A stretch of 64,000 nt of DNA from Agrococcus sp. (GCA_031178105.1 JAPSJX010000001.1:21906-85905); one strand, 5' to 3'. Shown: positions 19,401-28,768, counted from the first letter of the stretch. Notes: generated by a model from the letters alone, not told the origin. Program-made: numbers and translations.

Positions 19401-19972
19401 GGGGCAGCGCCGACACCGGCGGGCCCTGGACGATCACGGGCACCGCGTCGCCCGCGTCGGTCAGCGGCGGCGTCGGGAACCTCAACCTGGGACCGGGGTC
19501 GACGCGCGACCTGCGCCTGAACGGCCTCTCCCTGAGCGACGTGCGCGTCTCGATGGACCTGCGGCTCGACCAGGCGCCCTCGACCGGCTCCGCATATCTC
19601 GGGGTCATCACCCGGTCGACCTCGGCGGGCGACTACCGCGTGCGGGTCTGGCTGCGCGACAACGGCACGCTCTGGCTCGTGGTGCAGCACGGTTCGACGG
19701 TGCTGCGCAGCTACCAGGTGCCCGGCATCACCCGAGCGGCCGGCGACTGGTTCACGCTCGAGGTGCAGGTGACCGGCACGACGAGCACGACCGTGGCGGC
19801 GAGCCTGTGGCGTGCGGGGACGCCCCGGCCGGCGGCGTGGCAGGTGAGCGTGACCGACGCCACCGGCTCGAACCCGAGCGGATCCGTCGGCGTGCACGCG
19901 AACCGGAGCGGCGCGGCCACGACGGCAGGCGTCTTCTCGGTCGACGCGTTCCGGGTGACGGCCCTGCGGTGA
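16445..19972 (+). CDS. Large secreted protein: beta-propeller-like region, Fn3-like domain, LamG lectin-like domain, two PKD domains
   Basis: Signal peptide; YNDGRWHHVV and GAIDEVAVY (LamG); two WSFGDG/WSWGDG...VTLTVTD PKD motifs. Confidence 0.85.
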   Translation: MDTTMRSHRPLRATLLAALATVATGAMVLSGLTVATAAGTGPVTLQQRTSSVVTADPLPTVQIDKGYVWAQTMIGNTVYAAGGFANARAPLAAPGTNLTPRSNILAYDIRTGNLLSFAPQVNGPIRAVAASPDGTRLYIGGSFTSVNGQPRFNVAVLDPTTGALLPGFNASIGGSGVYGLAATAETVYLTGLFSQANGVARQNLAALAVANGALRSWAPTIDLQGDALVIDPDGSHVIVGGRFYLTNGVVQRGLAPLDPVTGAIDTAWAASKTVINGWSEGTYAGKAGIFALTVDDSGVYGTGWVYANASVGNLEGVFAAEAGTGAIRWVADCHGDHYGVFSTGQTVYATSHTHACDTAGLAPEVSPRTYRYVEAFTATAEGTLTRSPSAGATYKDWSGTPAPAPYAWYPDFTVGRTSGLNQAGLSMTGNDRFLSVAGEFTSVNNQRYEGIVRFGVAPPNGPKQGPRMASATWGAPTVSSVVPGRVRISIRGNWDRDDRDLTYELRRAGTTGVVQSRVVPSSWWAQPQITFDDTGLTPGASHTYTVRAVDGNGNAVTSGSATATVASGESSAYASAVLDDGASLYYPLGSTRADWGGGSTPLFGTGVTDTTPGAVAGSTGQSASSFDGTANGRVSSGTSGRVVPAFSTELWFNTTTTTGGKLIGFGSSQTASSGSYDRHIYMQNNGRLTFGVYPGQVRTISSTAAYNDGRWHHVVASQGAGGIALYVDGVQVAQDASTTTAQSYTGFWRIGGDNLNGWPNRPSSTHFLGAIDEVAVYDSVLSSSQVATHFAVGSGQQAPSAAFDVTTAGLTASFDASGSAAASGSTIASYDWSFGDGTSGTGVSPSHPYAAGGTYAVTLTVTDSRGLSSSVTRDVSVAAPNVGPSASFTATATDLDVAVDGRASSDPDGSIASYSWSWGDGTPNGSGPTATHRYAAGTYTITLRVTDDDGATATTTRRVTATDPVVVPPATFAAADDFSRTVSSGWGSADTGGPWTITGTASPASVSGGVGNLNLGPGSTRDLRLNGLSLSDVRVSMDLRLDQAPSTGSAYLGVITRSTSAGDYRVRVWLRDNGTLWLVVQHGSTVLRSYQVPGITRAAGDWFTLEVQVTGTTSTTVAASLWRAGTPRPAAWQVSVTDATGSNPSGSVGVHANRSGAATTAGVFSVDAFRVTALR

Positions 19973-20006
19973 CTGAGGGGAGCGCCCGACGGCTACATTG
20001 AGCCCG

Positions 20007-21284
20007 ATGAGCGAATCCCTGCTGGTGCTGGCCCCGCTCGCGCTCTGCGCGGGCGGGGTCGCGCTCTTCGTCTTCCGCGCGAGCCCCCGCACGACGCTCG
20101 TCGTGTGGCTGCTCGTGCTCTTCCTCGTGCCCGTCTGGATCGGCGTGTCGGTCGGGTTCTTCTGGGCCGCGATCACGCTCATCTCGCTCGCGGCGATCGC
20201 CTCGAACTACGCCGACCTCCGGCTCACGGTCGTCGACGGGCTCGTCGCCGTGTTCGCGCTGCTGCTGCTCGTGCTCTTCGCGCTGCAGCTCGCGACGCTC
20301 TCGTCGACGGTGATCGCGCTGCTCCAGTGGCTCGTGCCCTACGCCTGGGGCCGGATGGTGCTCGCGCGCGTGCCCGCGCTGTTCGTGACCCGCGCGATCG
20401 CGACGATCGCGACGGCGGCGGCGTGCCTCGCCCTCGTCGAGCTCGCCACAGGCTTCAACCCCTTCGTGCTCATCCCCGGCCCCGGGCCGTACGCGGAGTG
20501 GTCGGGGCTGCAGCCGCGCGCCGGATTCCTGCGCGTCGAGGGCGCCTTCGGGCACTCGATCGCCCTCGGCTCGTCGCTCGCGATGGCGTCGGCGTTCGTG
20601 CTCGCCTCCCGCTGGCGCGCGCCCGTCATGCTGCTGTCGCTCGCGACCGTGGTCGGGGCCGTGGTCGCGACCTTCAGTCGCATCGGCCTCGTGACCGTGG
20701 GGCTCACGCTCGTCGTCTGCGTCATCGCGATGCCCCACATCGGCCGTGCCGCGCGCTGGGCGGTCGTCGGCGGCGGCGCTGTCGCCGTGGCGCTCATCGT
20801 GCCCTTCCTCGGCGACGTCTTCTCCGACGCGGGTGACGAGGCCGGTGGCAGCGCCGACTACCGCAGCGCGCTCCTCTCGCTCGTCTCGGAGGTGCGCGTG
20901 CTCGGCAGGGCCGGGGACTGGCAGGGCACGATCACGGACGGCGTGTACCTCGGCACCTTCGCCCGATCGATCGACAACACGCTCCTGCTCATCGCGCTGC
21001 GCTTCGGCTGGGTGCCCGTGCTGCTCGTCGCGGCGGTGCTCGTCGCGCTCGCCGTCGGCGTGCTGCGCGGACGCACGAACCCCGCGTCCATCGCGGTCGT
21101 CTGCCAGATCCCGGCGCTCCTCGCGGTCGCGCTCATCACGCAGTTCGGTTCGTTCCTCTGGTTCCTCATCGGCCTCGCCGTCGCGTGGAGCGCGATGCAG
21201 GCCGACCGGGAGCGATCCGTGCAGCTCAGCCTGTCGGCGCCGACGCTCCGGCAGCCGGTCGGCGCCGGGAGGCCATCAGCCTGA
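20007..21284 (+). CDS. Wzy polymerase/O-antigen ligase-like multi-pass membrane protein
   Basis: About 11-12 hydrophobic segments; RVEGAFGHSI, TFSR, SIDN...G loop motifs; EPS context. Confidence 0.75.
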   Translation: MSESLLVLAPLALCAGGVALFVFRASPRTTLVVWLLVLFLVPVWIGVSVGFFWAAITLISLAAIASNYADLRLTVVDGLVAVFALLLLVLFALQLATLSSTVIALLQWLVPYAWGRMVLARVPALFVTRAIATIATAAACLALVELATGFNPFVLIPGPGPYAEWSGLQPRAGFLRVEGAFGHSIALGSSLAMASAFVLASRWRAPVMLLSLATVVGAVVATFSRIGLVTVGLTLVVCVIAMPHIGRAARWAVVGGGAVAVALIVPFLGDVFSDAGDEAGGSADYRSALLSLVSEVRVLGRAGDWQGTITDGVYLGTFARSIDNTLLLIALRFGWVPVLLVAAVLVALAVGVLRGRTNPASIAVVCQIPALLAVALITQFGSFLWFLIGLAVAWSAMQADRERSVQLSLSAPTLRQPVGAGRPSA

Positions 21285-22713
21285 TGAAGCCGAGGAGCGA
21301 GCCGGCGTCGCGCCGGTAGATCGGCAGCAGCAGCGACGAGGCCGCCAGGAGCAGCCCTGCGCCGAGCCCCGCGCCGACCGCGGCCCAGGAGCCGGCGGGC
21401 GCCGCCCACTCGCCCGCGGCCCACGCGGCGAGGCCGGCGAGCAGCGTGACGGCGACGATGCGGGCCGCGCCGCCGTACAGCCGCCGGGTCGGCATCGGCG
21501 TCACGCGCGAGAGCCACGCGAGCGAGATCGGCCAGGCGATCGCCGGGTGCACGGCGAAGGCGACGGCGACACCGATGACGCCGAAGAAGGAGCCGATCAC
21601 GATGCAGACGACCTTGATGACGGCCGTCACGAGCGTGTAGCGCAGCAGCGGGCCGCCGAGGCCGCGGGCGAGGTAGACCCAGTAGCCCACGTACGAGAGC
21701 GTGGTCAGGAGACCGGCGATCGCGAACATCCTGAGGATCGGCGCCGCCTCCGCCCACGCGTCGCCGAGCATGATCGCGACGACCGGCTCGGCGAGACCCG
21801 CGAGCATCGCGATCGGGATGCCGATGAGGTAGCCGAGCGCGAGCTGTGCTGCGGTGACGTAGGTCTCGAACCGGGGCTGGTCCTGCTGCAGGCGAGAGAG
21901 GACGGGCAGCGCCACCGACTGCAGCGGCGATCGCACCTGTCCGAGCGGCGTCATGACGAGCTGGTACGCGCGGTTGTAGACGCCCAGCGGCGCCGTGCCG
22001 AACCGCGCGGCGACGAGCACGGTGTCGACCTGCTTCGCCGCGTACTGCACGAGGTTGGCCGCGACGAGGTTCCAGCCGAACGTGACCATCGTCCGCACGC
22101 TGTGCGCGCGCGAGTACCGGCCGGGCAGCCATCGTCCCGCGATCACGACGCCGACCAGCGTGACGAGCCCGTTGCAGAGCTGCTGCAGCACGAGCGCCCA
22201 GAAGCCCGCGCCGAGCATGGCCGCAGCGATCGCGACCGCGAGCGCGATGGCCGCCGCAGCCACGTCGACGATCGCGAGCGGGCGCAGCCGCACCTCGCGC
22301 ATGAGGTTCGCGCGGTGCTGCGTCGCGAAGCCGTTCGCGAGGAACAGCAGCGACAGCCACTGCACCATCGGCACGATGTCGGGCTCGCCCGTGAGCGCAC
22401 CGAGCGGCCACGAGGCGGCGAGCATCGCGAGCGCGAGACCCGACCCGATGAGCGCGTTGATCCAGAACAGGTTGTCGCGCTGCTCGGTCGAGAGCGTCGG
22501 CGCCTGGATCGAGGCCGAGGTGAGGCCGAAGTCGCGGAAGATCTCGCCGAGCCCCACGAGCACGAGCGCGATCGCGAGCAGGCCGTAGTCATGCGGGGTG
22601 AGGAGCCGCGCGAGCACGGCGACCGACACGAGCTGCAGCAGGATGCGAGCGCCCTGCGCGAGCATCGTGAAGAGCGCGCCACGGGCGGCGTCGTGCGCGA
22701 GCGACGACGCCAT
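21226..22713 (-). CDS. wzx: Wzx-type polysaccharide flippase
   Basis: LARLLTPHDYGL, DFGL, GVYNRAY; multi-TM PST family pattern. Confidence 0.9.
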   Translation of the reverse strand: MASSLAHDAARGALFTMLAQGARILLQLVSVAVLARLLTPHDYGLLAIALVLVGLGEIFRDFGLTSASIQAPTLSTEQRDNLFWINALIGSGLALAMLAASWPLGALTGEPDIVPMVQWLSLLFLANGFATQHRANLMREVRLRPLAIVDVAAAAIALAVAIAAAMLGAGFWALVLQQLCNGLVTLVGVVIAGRWLPGRYSRAHSVRTMVTFGWNLVAANLVQYAAKQVDTVLVAARFGTAPLGVYNRAYQLVMTPLGQVRSPLQSVALPVLSRLQQDQPRFETYVTAAQLALGYLIGIPIAMLAGLAEPVVAIMLGDAWAEAAPILRMFAIAGLLTTLSYVGYWVYLARGLGGPLLRYTLVTAVIKVVCIVIGSFFGVIGVAVAFAVHPAIAWPISLAWLSRVTPMPTRRLYGGAARIVAVTLLAGLAAWAAGEWAAPAGSWAAVGAGLGAGLLLAASSLLLPIYRRDAGSLLGFIRLMASRRRPAAGASAPTG

Positions 22714-23927
22714 CAGCGAGCCCTCGCCGCACGGACGCGACGGGCGGTGCCGCGGAGCACGCGCAGCGCCGTGCGCGGCGCGGCCGCCGACAGCCGCAGC
22801 AGCGCGAAGCCGGGGTAGCGCGGCGGCCTCCTGCCTGCGAGCATCGAGCCCCACAGGCGCGCGTGGAGGAACCGGCGGCGCTCCGTCTGCAACGGCTGCG
22901 CGGCGGCGAGCCGCTCCATCGTCAGCGGCGCGAGCTCGAGCACGCCCGCTGCGACGGCCTCCTCGATCGTGCGCAGGCCGCGCTCCGTGCGCGCGATGAG
23001 GGCGCTCACCCCGTCGCCGTCGGCGAAGCTGGGGTAGCCGTGCTCGTCGGCCTCCCACGCGTCGGCGGAGACGATGTCGGCGGCCTCGCCGACGGCGTCC
23101 GCGCACACCTTGCAGCGCCACTGGGTCGCGGGACCGAGCGTCGAGCCCCACGACGCGTCGTAGTCCGCCGAGACGGTGCGGTCGCCGCTGGTGGCCGTGA
23201 ACCTCCCGGGCCAGCCGCGACCGCGATAGCGGAGCGTCCCGACCTCGTCGCGGGCGTCCACCCCGAGCGTCGCGAGCAGCGCGTCGGTCGCGTGCTGGCT
23301 CGGCGTGCCGGCGCAGAAGAACGACAGCATGAGCGGGGGCTCCCCGTCGACGAGGTCGTCGGCCGACTGCCGCAGCGCCGAGATCTCGCACGGCTTGGCG
23401 CAGACCGCGCTGCCAGGCACGAGCACGTCGGGGTTGTCCAGCGCCGCCACCGGCGCGTACCGGGACCCGGCGGCGGCGAGCGCCTCGTCGCGCGTCATGA
23501 TCGAGACCGGCACCGTGCGCCGGGGAGCGCGATCGTCGACCGCAGCCCCCGTGACGCGCGCGGCCCGCCCGCTCGCGAGGAGCCAGGCATGCAGCGCGGT
23601 GAGCGCGCCGCCGCTGCTGCCCGTGTGGCGGATCTCGGGATCGGTCGCCCACGCGCTCCACACCCCGAGGCTCGCACCCAGCAGCGGGTGCACCGCCGCA
23701 CCGTCCGGGACCGCGGGGGCGCGGACGACGACGCCGGGGCAGCTGCGGCGGAAGATGGCCTCCGCGTCGGGGATCGCGGCGGACGGAGCGGTGAAGCGCG
23801 GACGGGCGAAGCCCGCGCCGTCGAGCTCCATGCGCACGGCGGGATCCAACCGCGAGCACAGCCCGCAGCCCGAGCACGCGTCGCGCGCGAGCACGTCGGC
23901 GACCGCCGCCTCGAGCCCGCCCGTCAC
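22713..23927 (-). CDS. Coenzyme F420 hydrogenase/dehydrogenase beta-subunit-like Fe-S protein
   Basis: CSGCGLC, SCPG, GSSGG, GSRY, KPCE, FFCAGTPS, YRGRGWPG, CKVCAD...ADIVSADAW. Confidence 0.88.
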   Translation of the reverse strand: MTGGLEAAVADVLARDACSGCGLCSRLDPAVRMELDGAGFARPRFTAPSAAIPDAEAIFRRSCPGVVVRAPAVPDGAAVHPLLGASLGVWSAWATDPEIRHTGSSGGALTALHAWLLASGRAARVTGAAVDDRAPRRTVPVSIMTRDEALAAAGSRYAPVAALDNPDVLVPGSAVCAKPCEISALRQSADDLVDGEPPLMLSFFCAGTPSQHATDALLATLGVDARDEVGTLRYRGRGWPGRFTATSGDRTVSADYDASWGSTLGPATQWRCKVCADAVGEAADIVSADAWEADEHGYPSFADGDGVSALIARTERGLRTIEEAVAAGVLELAPLTMERLAAAQPLQTERRRFLHARLWGSMLAGRRPPRYPGFALLRLSAAAPRTALRVLRGTARRVRAARAR

Positions 23928-24991
23928 AGCGCGGCCAACCTCTCGACGACCGGCAGCAGCAGCTCCTGCCCGCGGCGCTGGGCCGCGACCGCGTCGTCCG
24001 CGAGGCCCGGTGCGCCCGCGTGGTCGAGCACCGCGGCCGCGAGATCGGCCGCGTCGACGGGCACGACGCGGTCCCAGCCGATCGCATCCATGAGCGGCGC
24101 GAACTTGCGCGAGTACGCCATCGCGACCGCCGGCGTGCCTGTGGACAGCGCGTTGAGGCACGCGTGCATCCTCGCGCCGATCACGAGCCGCGCGCCCGCG
24201 ATCGCCGACCTGGCGTCCGCGAGGTCTGCGGGCACATGGACGTCGATGCGGCCGTCGTACGCGGCTGCGAGCTCGAGCGACGCGGGGATGTCGGTGTCGG
24301 CCGCCTCCGGGTCGAGCACGTGGGGGAGCAGCGTGATCGAGCGGCCGTCCGAGAGCAGGCCGTCGACGATGGCGCGCACCGCGGCGCGATAGCCGCTCGC
24401 GTCAGCGTGGGGGCCGCCCTGCCACAGCAGCCCCGACACGTTGAGGAGGACGTCGCGCGCGGGACCCGGCTGCGGCTGGTCGATCCCGAACACGAGGTCG
24501 CTCGTGATGGCGTCCGCCGGCCTGCCGAGGCGGCTGGCGGCCTCGGCGCTCACCGGGTCGCGCGCGAACACGAGGCTGCTGCGCTGCAGCGACCGGCGCG
24601 CGAGCGCGCGGCCGCGGACGGAGCGGAACGGCCCGATGGTCTGCGGCGCGAGCGCGATCGACGTGCCCGCCTGTGCCGCGAACTCGTGCACGAGCGACAT
24701 CGTCGTGTGCCGCGGGAGGCCGTAGAGGTCGGCGAAGCTGTCGCCCGAGCGCGTGTCCCACACGAGGTCGAAGCCCGAGAGCCAGCGCAGCATCCCGAGC
24801 CGGCCCGTCGCCCGCTCGCGCAGCAGCGACGCGGTTCCCCAGGGCACCTGCTCGGGGCGCCGACGGTAGTTCATGTAGTCGAACTCGGCGTCCGGCCACA
24901 CCTGGCGGAGCAGGTCGACGGAGCCCTGACCGAGCGCGCGCACGCCCAGGTTCGGCGACGAGTCGTCCGCCCACGCGACGAGGACGCGCAT
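23924..24991 (-). CDS. Polysaccharide pyruvyltransferase family protein
   Basis: NLG, GDSFAD, PQTIGPF, ARD, ARMHA, YSRK. Confidence 0.9.
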   Translation of the reverse strand: MRVLVAWADDSSPNLGVRALGQGSVDLLRQVWPDAEFDYMNYRRRPEQVPWGTASLLRERATGRLGMLRWLSGFDLVWDTRSGDSFADLYGLPRHTTMSLVHEFAAQAGTSIALAPQTIGPFRSVRGRALARRSLQRSSLVFARDPVSAEAASRLGRPADAITSDLVFGIDQPQPGPARDVLLNVSGLLWQGGPHADASGYRAAVRAIVDGLLSDGRSITLLPHVLDPEAADTDIPASLELAAAYDGRIDVHVPADLADARSAIAGARLVIGARMHACLNALSTGTPAVAMAYSRKFAPLMDAIGWDRVVPVDAADLAAAVLDHAGAPGLADDAVAAQRRGQELLLPVVERLAAL

Positions 24992-25191
24992 CTGGTTCCC
25001 CTTCGGGTCGCTGGCCGCCGGGGCTTCGCGTCGGCGCGCGATCGGCTCAGGAGTCACGATACCCATGCCGGAGGCGTCATCGGTGCCGACGGCGCAGGTA
25101 GTGTCGGAACCATGGCGGATCGGACCTCGCGCAGCAGCGGCTGCCCGATGTCGTCGGCGCGCTCGATCGCGGCAGACGCGAGGGGCGCCCG

Positions 25192-26619
25192 ATGACGACC
25201 GAGCCGGTGCAGTGGAACCTCTCGCACGTGTGGGAGGCGCTGCGGAAGTTCTGGGCGCTCGTGATCGGGTTCGCGATCATCGGCGGCGCGGTCGGCTACC
25301 TGGTCTCCTCGACCGTCCCGCCGCAGTTCCAGTCGCGCGCGTCGCTGTACTTCGCGCTCAACCAGGGGACCTCGGGCGCCGACCTCAACCAGGGCTCCGC
25401 GTACACGCAGAACCAGATGCTGTCGTTCGCGCGGCTCGCGACGTCGTCGCGGGTGCTCGACCTCGTCATCGACGACCTCGACCTCACCACGACGCCGCGC
25501 GACCTCGCGCGCTCGATCACGATCACGATCCCGCAGGACACGGTGATCCTCGACGTCGTCGCGACGTCGGGCGACCCGGAGCGAGCGGCCGCCGTCGCGA
25601 ACAGCGTCGCCGCGCAGCTCGCGCGCGTCGTGCTCGACGTGGGCGCCGAGAGCGTCGAGGGTGCCGCGACCATCAGCGCGTCGGTGATCGACGATGCCGT
25701 CGCGCCGACGGTGCAGACGACGCCGAACAAGACGCGCGACGCCCTGCTGGCGGCCGCCATCGGTCTGATGCTGGGCGTGCTCGCCGCCTTCGTGGCGACG
25801 ATCGCCGACACGCGTGTCCGCAACGAGGCCGCCGTGGCGCGCGTCACCGACCTGCCGGTCCTCGGCGTCGTCACGCGCGCCAAGCGCGGCGTCGGCGCAG
25901 GCCTCGTGGTCGCGCGCGAGCCGCACGACCCGGTCGCGGAGGACATGCGCCGCATCCAGTCCGCGCTCGCCTTCACGGCGCTGGACAGCACCTCTCGCCG
26001 GCTGCTCATCACGTCCTCGTCGCCGGCCGAGGGCAAGTCGACGTTCTCGAGCAACCTCGCGCTGACGCTCGCGGATGCGGGGGAGCGGACGCTCGTCGTC
26101 GACGCGGACCTGCGCCGCCCGCGCGTCGGCGAGCTGTTCGGCCTCGACGGCTCGGTCGGGCTCACGACCGCGCTCGTGGGCGAGGTCGACCTGGCCGACG
26201 CGATCGTCCCGTGGCGCGAGAGCGGCCCCGACGTGCTCACGTCCGGCGCCCTGCCGCCGAACCCCGCGACCGTCGTCACCTCGCAGGCCTTCCGCTCGCT
26301 GCTCGACAGCGCCTCGCAGCGCTACGACGCCGTCATCATCGACTCGCCGCCGGTGCTGACGGTCGCCGACTCCAACCTGCTCGCGCCGCTCGCCGACGGC
26401 GTCGTGATCGTCGTCGACTCGACGAAGACGCGCCGCCCGCAGCTGGCGAACACGATCCGATCGATCGAGTCCGCCGGCGGCCGCATCATCGGCATCGTGC
26501 TCAACAAGGCGCGCGCGTCGAAGCACCGCAACACGTACTACGCCGACCCGCCGGCCGGGGAGGGCAAGCGCAGGCGGTCGGCGACGGCGGCGCGCCACTC
26601 AGCGACGACGGAGGCGTGA
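25192..26619 (+). CDS. Polysaccharide chain-length regulator fused to tyrosine autokinase (Wzc-like)
   Basis: Two TM helices; Walker A AEGKST, DADLRRP, IIDSPP; C-terminal TYY. Confidence 0.92.
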   Translation: MTTEPVQWNLSHVWEALRKFWALVIGFAIIGGAVGYLVSSTVPPQFQSRASLYFALNQGTSGADLNQGSAYTQNQMLSFARLATSSRVLDLVIDDLDLTTTPRDLARSITITIPQDTVILDVVATSGDPERAAAVANSVAAQLARVVLDVGAESVEGAATISASVIDDAVAPTVQTTPNKTRDALLAAAIGLMLGVLAAFVATIADTRVRNEAAVARVTDLPVLGVVTRAKRGVGAGLVVAREPHDPVAEDMRRIQSALAFTALDSTSRRLLITSSSPAEGKSTFSSNLALTLADAGERTLVVDADLRRPRVGELFGLDGSVGLTTALVGEVDLADAIVPWRESGPDVLTSGALPPNPATVVTSQAFRSLLDSASQRYDAVIIDSPPVLTVADSNLLAPLADGVVIVVDSTKTRRPQLANTIRSIESAGGRIIGIVLNKARASKHRNTYYADPPAGEGKRRRSATAARHSATTEA

Positions 26620-27573
26620 CGCGCGCTCGGCGAGCCGGGCGCGGCCCATCGCCGGCACGTAGCCGATGCGGAACCGGCGCACGAAGCGCGTCGCCTCACG
26701 GGGCGCCATGAGCCCGCGCTCAGCCCAGAAACCCGCGATGCGCCGTCGGGTCGGCGCGTCCGCGCGTGCGAGCGCGCGCCGGTGCACGGCGAACCAGGCG
26801 GCGTGCGTCTCGACGGCCTCGCGGATGGCGTCGGCAGCGCCTGCGTCGGTGGCGCGAGCAGGCCAGAGGATCGGGGCGTGGAGGACGCCGCCGTCGACGG
26901 GCAGTCCGGGTCCCCGCAGCATCGCCCAGCCGGAGTAGAGGAAGAACTCCAGCAGCCGCGCGCGCTCGAAGGCCTGGCCGAACGGCTCGCGCGCCTCCCG
27001 CTCGACGTCGTCCATCATGCGGCGCGCGAGCGCGGTGTCGATGATGAAGGGCGTCACGGTGCGCGGGAAGTCGTCGACGAGGCGCGCGACGGTCTCGTCG
27101 TCGGCGCCGAGGTGACGGAGCGTGCGCTCGAGGTCCTCCCGGAGCGGATGCGCGGCGTACGAGTGCGTGCCGCCGCGTGCCACGCCCGAGCCGTCGACGA
27201 AGTCCGCCGCGTCGACGGGGCCGATGAGGTGGTTCTTGGCGTCCAGCACGACGTAGTGCGGCGTCCGGATGCGCCGGGCGACGAGCAGCTTCGCCGCCTG
27301 CTGGCTGCGCCATCCGACCGATCCGCCTGGGACGCCGAGCTTCGCCGTGCGCAGCACCGTCACGCGCGGGGCGAGCGGGCCGAAGCTCGCGACGACGCGG
27401 CGTCGCGCCAGCCTCGACAGCCCGCCGGCGCAGTTGTCGAGCACGACGATCTCCGCGACGCTCGCGGGGTCGAGGAAGCGGGCGAGGGAGCGGCCCTGCA
27501 GGAGGAGGAGCGGCACCTCGGGCTCGAACACCACGGTCACGAAGCTCAGCTGCGGGGCGCTCGCCGTCGTCAT
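26599..27573 (-). CDS. Hypothetical EPS-locus protein, possibly glycosyltransferase-like (DUF6492-like)
   Basis: GWRSQQAAKL, VLDAKNH, TPF, EFFLY motifs; coding-like codon usage. Confidence 0.6.
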   Translation of the reverse strand: MTTASAPQLSFVTVVFEPEVPLLLLQGRSLARFLDPASVAEIVVLDNCAGGLSRLARRRVVASFGPLAPRVTVLRTAKLGVPGGSVGWRSQQAAKLLVARRIRTPHYVVLDAKNHLIGPVDAADFVDGSGVARGGTHSYAAHPLREDLERTLRHLGADDETVARLVDDFPRTVTPFIIDTALARRMMDDVEREAREPFGQAFERARLLEFFLYSGWAMLRGPGLPVDGGVLHAPILWPARATDAGAADAIREAVETHAAWFAVHRRALARADAPTRRRIAGFWAERGLMAPREATRFVRRFRIGYVPAMGRARLAERASRLRRR

Positions 27574-27595
27574 GCGCCGCGCCCGGCGCGCGCGG

Positions 27596-28768
27596 TCACC
27601 GCAGCGCCGGCTCGCTGGCAGACACCGACCGGTCGGCCCTGCGCGCGTACCGGGCGACGGGGTGCACGGATCCGCCCGCTGCGATGCGCACGGCGAGCGC
27701 CTCGTAGCGGTCGGCGACGTCGTCCCAGCGGAATGCGCTCGCGACGCGCTCGCGGGCACGGCGCCCGCGCGCGGCGACGAGCGCGTCATCGGCGTCGGCC
27801 GCGTCGACGGCCGTGGCGAGCTGCGCCGCGTCGGAGAACCACCAGCCGTCCTCGTCGAGCACCTCGCGGTTGAAGCCCACGTCGAAGGCGATCGTCGCGG
27901 TGCCGGCGCCCATCGCGCGCAGGAGCGAGGGATTGGTGCCGCCCACCGAATGTCCGTGCAGGTAGGCGCGGGCATGCGCGTAGAGCGCGTCGAGCAGCTC
28001 CTGGTCCCAGACGCCGCCCAGCAGCCGGAAGCGGTCGTCGCCCTCGGCCGCTTCGCGCACCGCGCGCGTGTAGTCGGCGCTGTAGGGCGCGGACCCGACG
28101 ACCGCGAGCGGCAGCGCCGTCGCGCTCGCGCGGTAGCCCCTGACGATCTCGAGCACGTGGTTCTCGGGCTCGAAGCGCGCGACGGCCAGGTGGAACCGAC
28201 CCGGCTCGAGGCCGAGCGCTGCGAGCGGCGCCGTCGCGACGCGGTCCAGCACCGGTGCCCCGTAGCGGATGAGCTCGGTCTCGACGCCGAACTCGTCCGC
28301 GTAGTACTCGGCGATGCCAGGCGCGTCCGCGATGATCGCATCCGCGTTGCGCACCGCGCAGCCCTCGGCCCACCGGTAGTACGCGCGACCGGCGCCGCTC
28401 CACTTCGCGCGCCGCCACTCCAGTCCGTCGACGTGCACGGCGACCGGGATGCCGCGTGCTCGCAGCAGCGGCAGGTAGGGCGCGTTCGCGGCGTTGAACA
28501 CGAACGCCGCATCGGGCCGCGCGCGAGCGACCGTGCGGAGCGTGGCGAGGCCGGTGCGGCTGAGCGTCTCGAGCTGCTTGACCGGCACCGAGGACACGTG
28601 CTCGACGCGCATGCCGAGGTGGCTCGTCACCTCCGGGTGCGAGGCGTCCCCGTAGACGACCACGTCGTGTCCGCGCTCGACGAGCCGGCGCCCGATCTCC
28701 TCGACCGCGGTCTCGAAGCCGCCGTAGGTGGCCGGCACGCCTCGGGTGCCCAGCATGGCGATGCGCAT
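27596..28768 (-). CDS. Glycosyltransferase family 4 with DUF1972 domain
   Basis: MRIAMLGTRGVPATYGGFET, DGLEWRRAKW, ARFEPEN, HGHSVGGTNPSLL. Confidence 0.92.
   Translation of the reverse strand: MRIAMLGTRGVPATYGGFETAVEEIGRRLVERGHDVVVYGDASHPEVTSHLGMRVEHVSSVPVKQLETLSRTGLATLRTVARARPDAAFVFNAANAPYLPLLRARGIPVAVHVDGLEWRRAKWSGAGRAYYRWAEGCAVRNADAIIADAPGIAEYYADEFGVETELIRYGAPVLDRVATAPLAALGLEPGRFHLAVARFEPENHVLEIVRGYRASATALPLAVVGSAPYSADYTRAVREAAEGDDRFRLLGGVWDQELLDALYAHARAYLHGHSVGGTNPSLLRAMGAGTATIAFDVGFNREVLDEDGWWFSDAAQLATAVDAADADDALVAARGRRARERVASAFRWDDVADRYEALAVRIAAGGSVHPVARYARRADRSVSASEPALR

Noticed and set aside
22713-23927. A true hydrogenase or methanogen-type gene
   Set aside because: No catalytic or maturation subunits nearby; the gene is coupled to polysaccharide genes.
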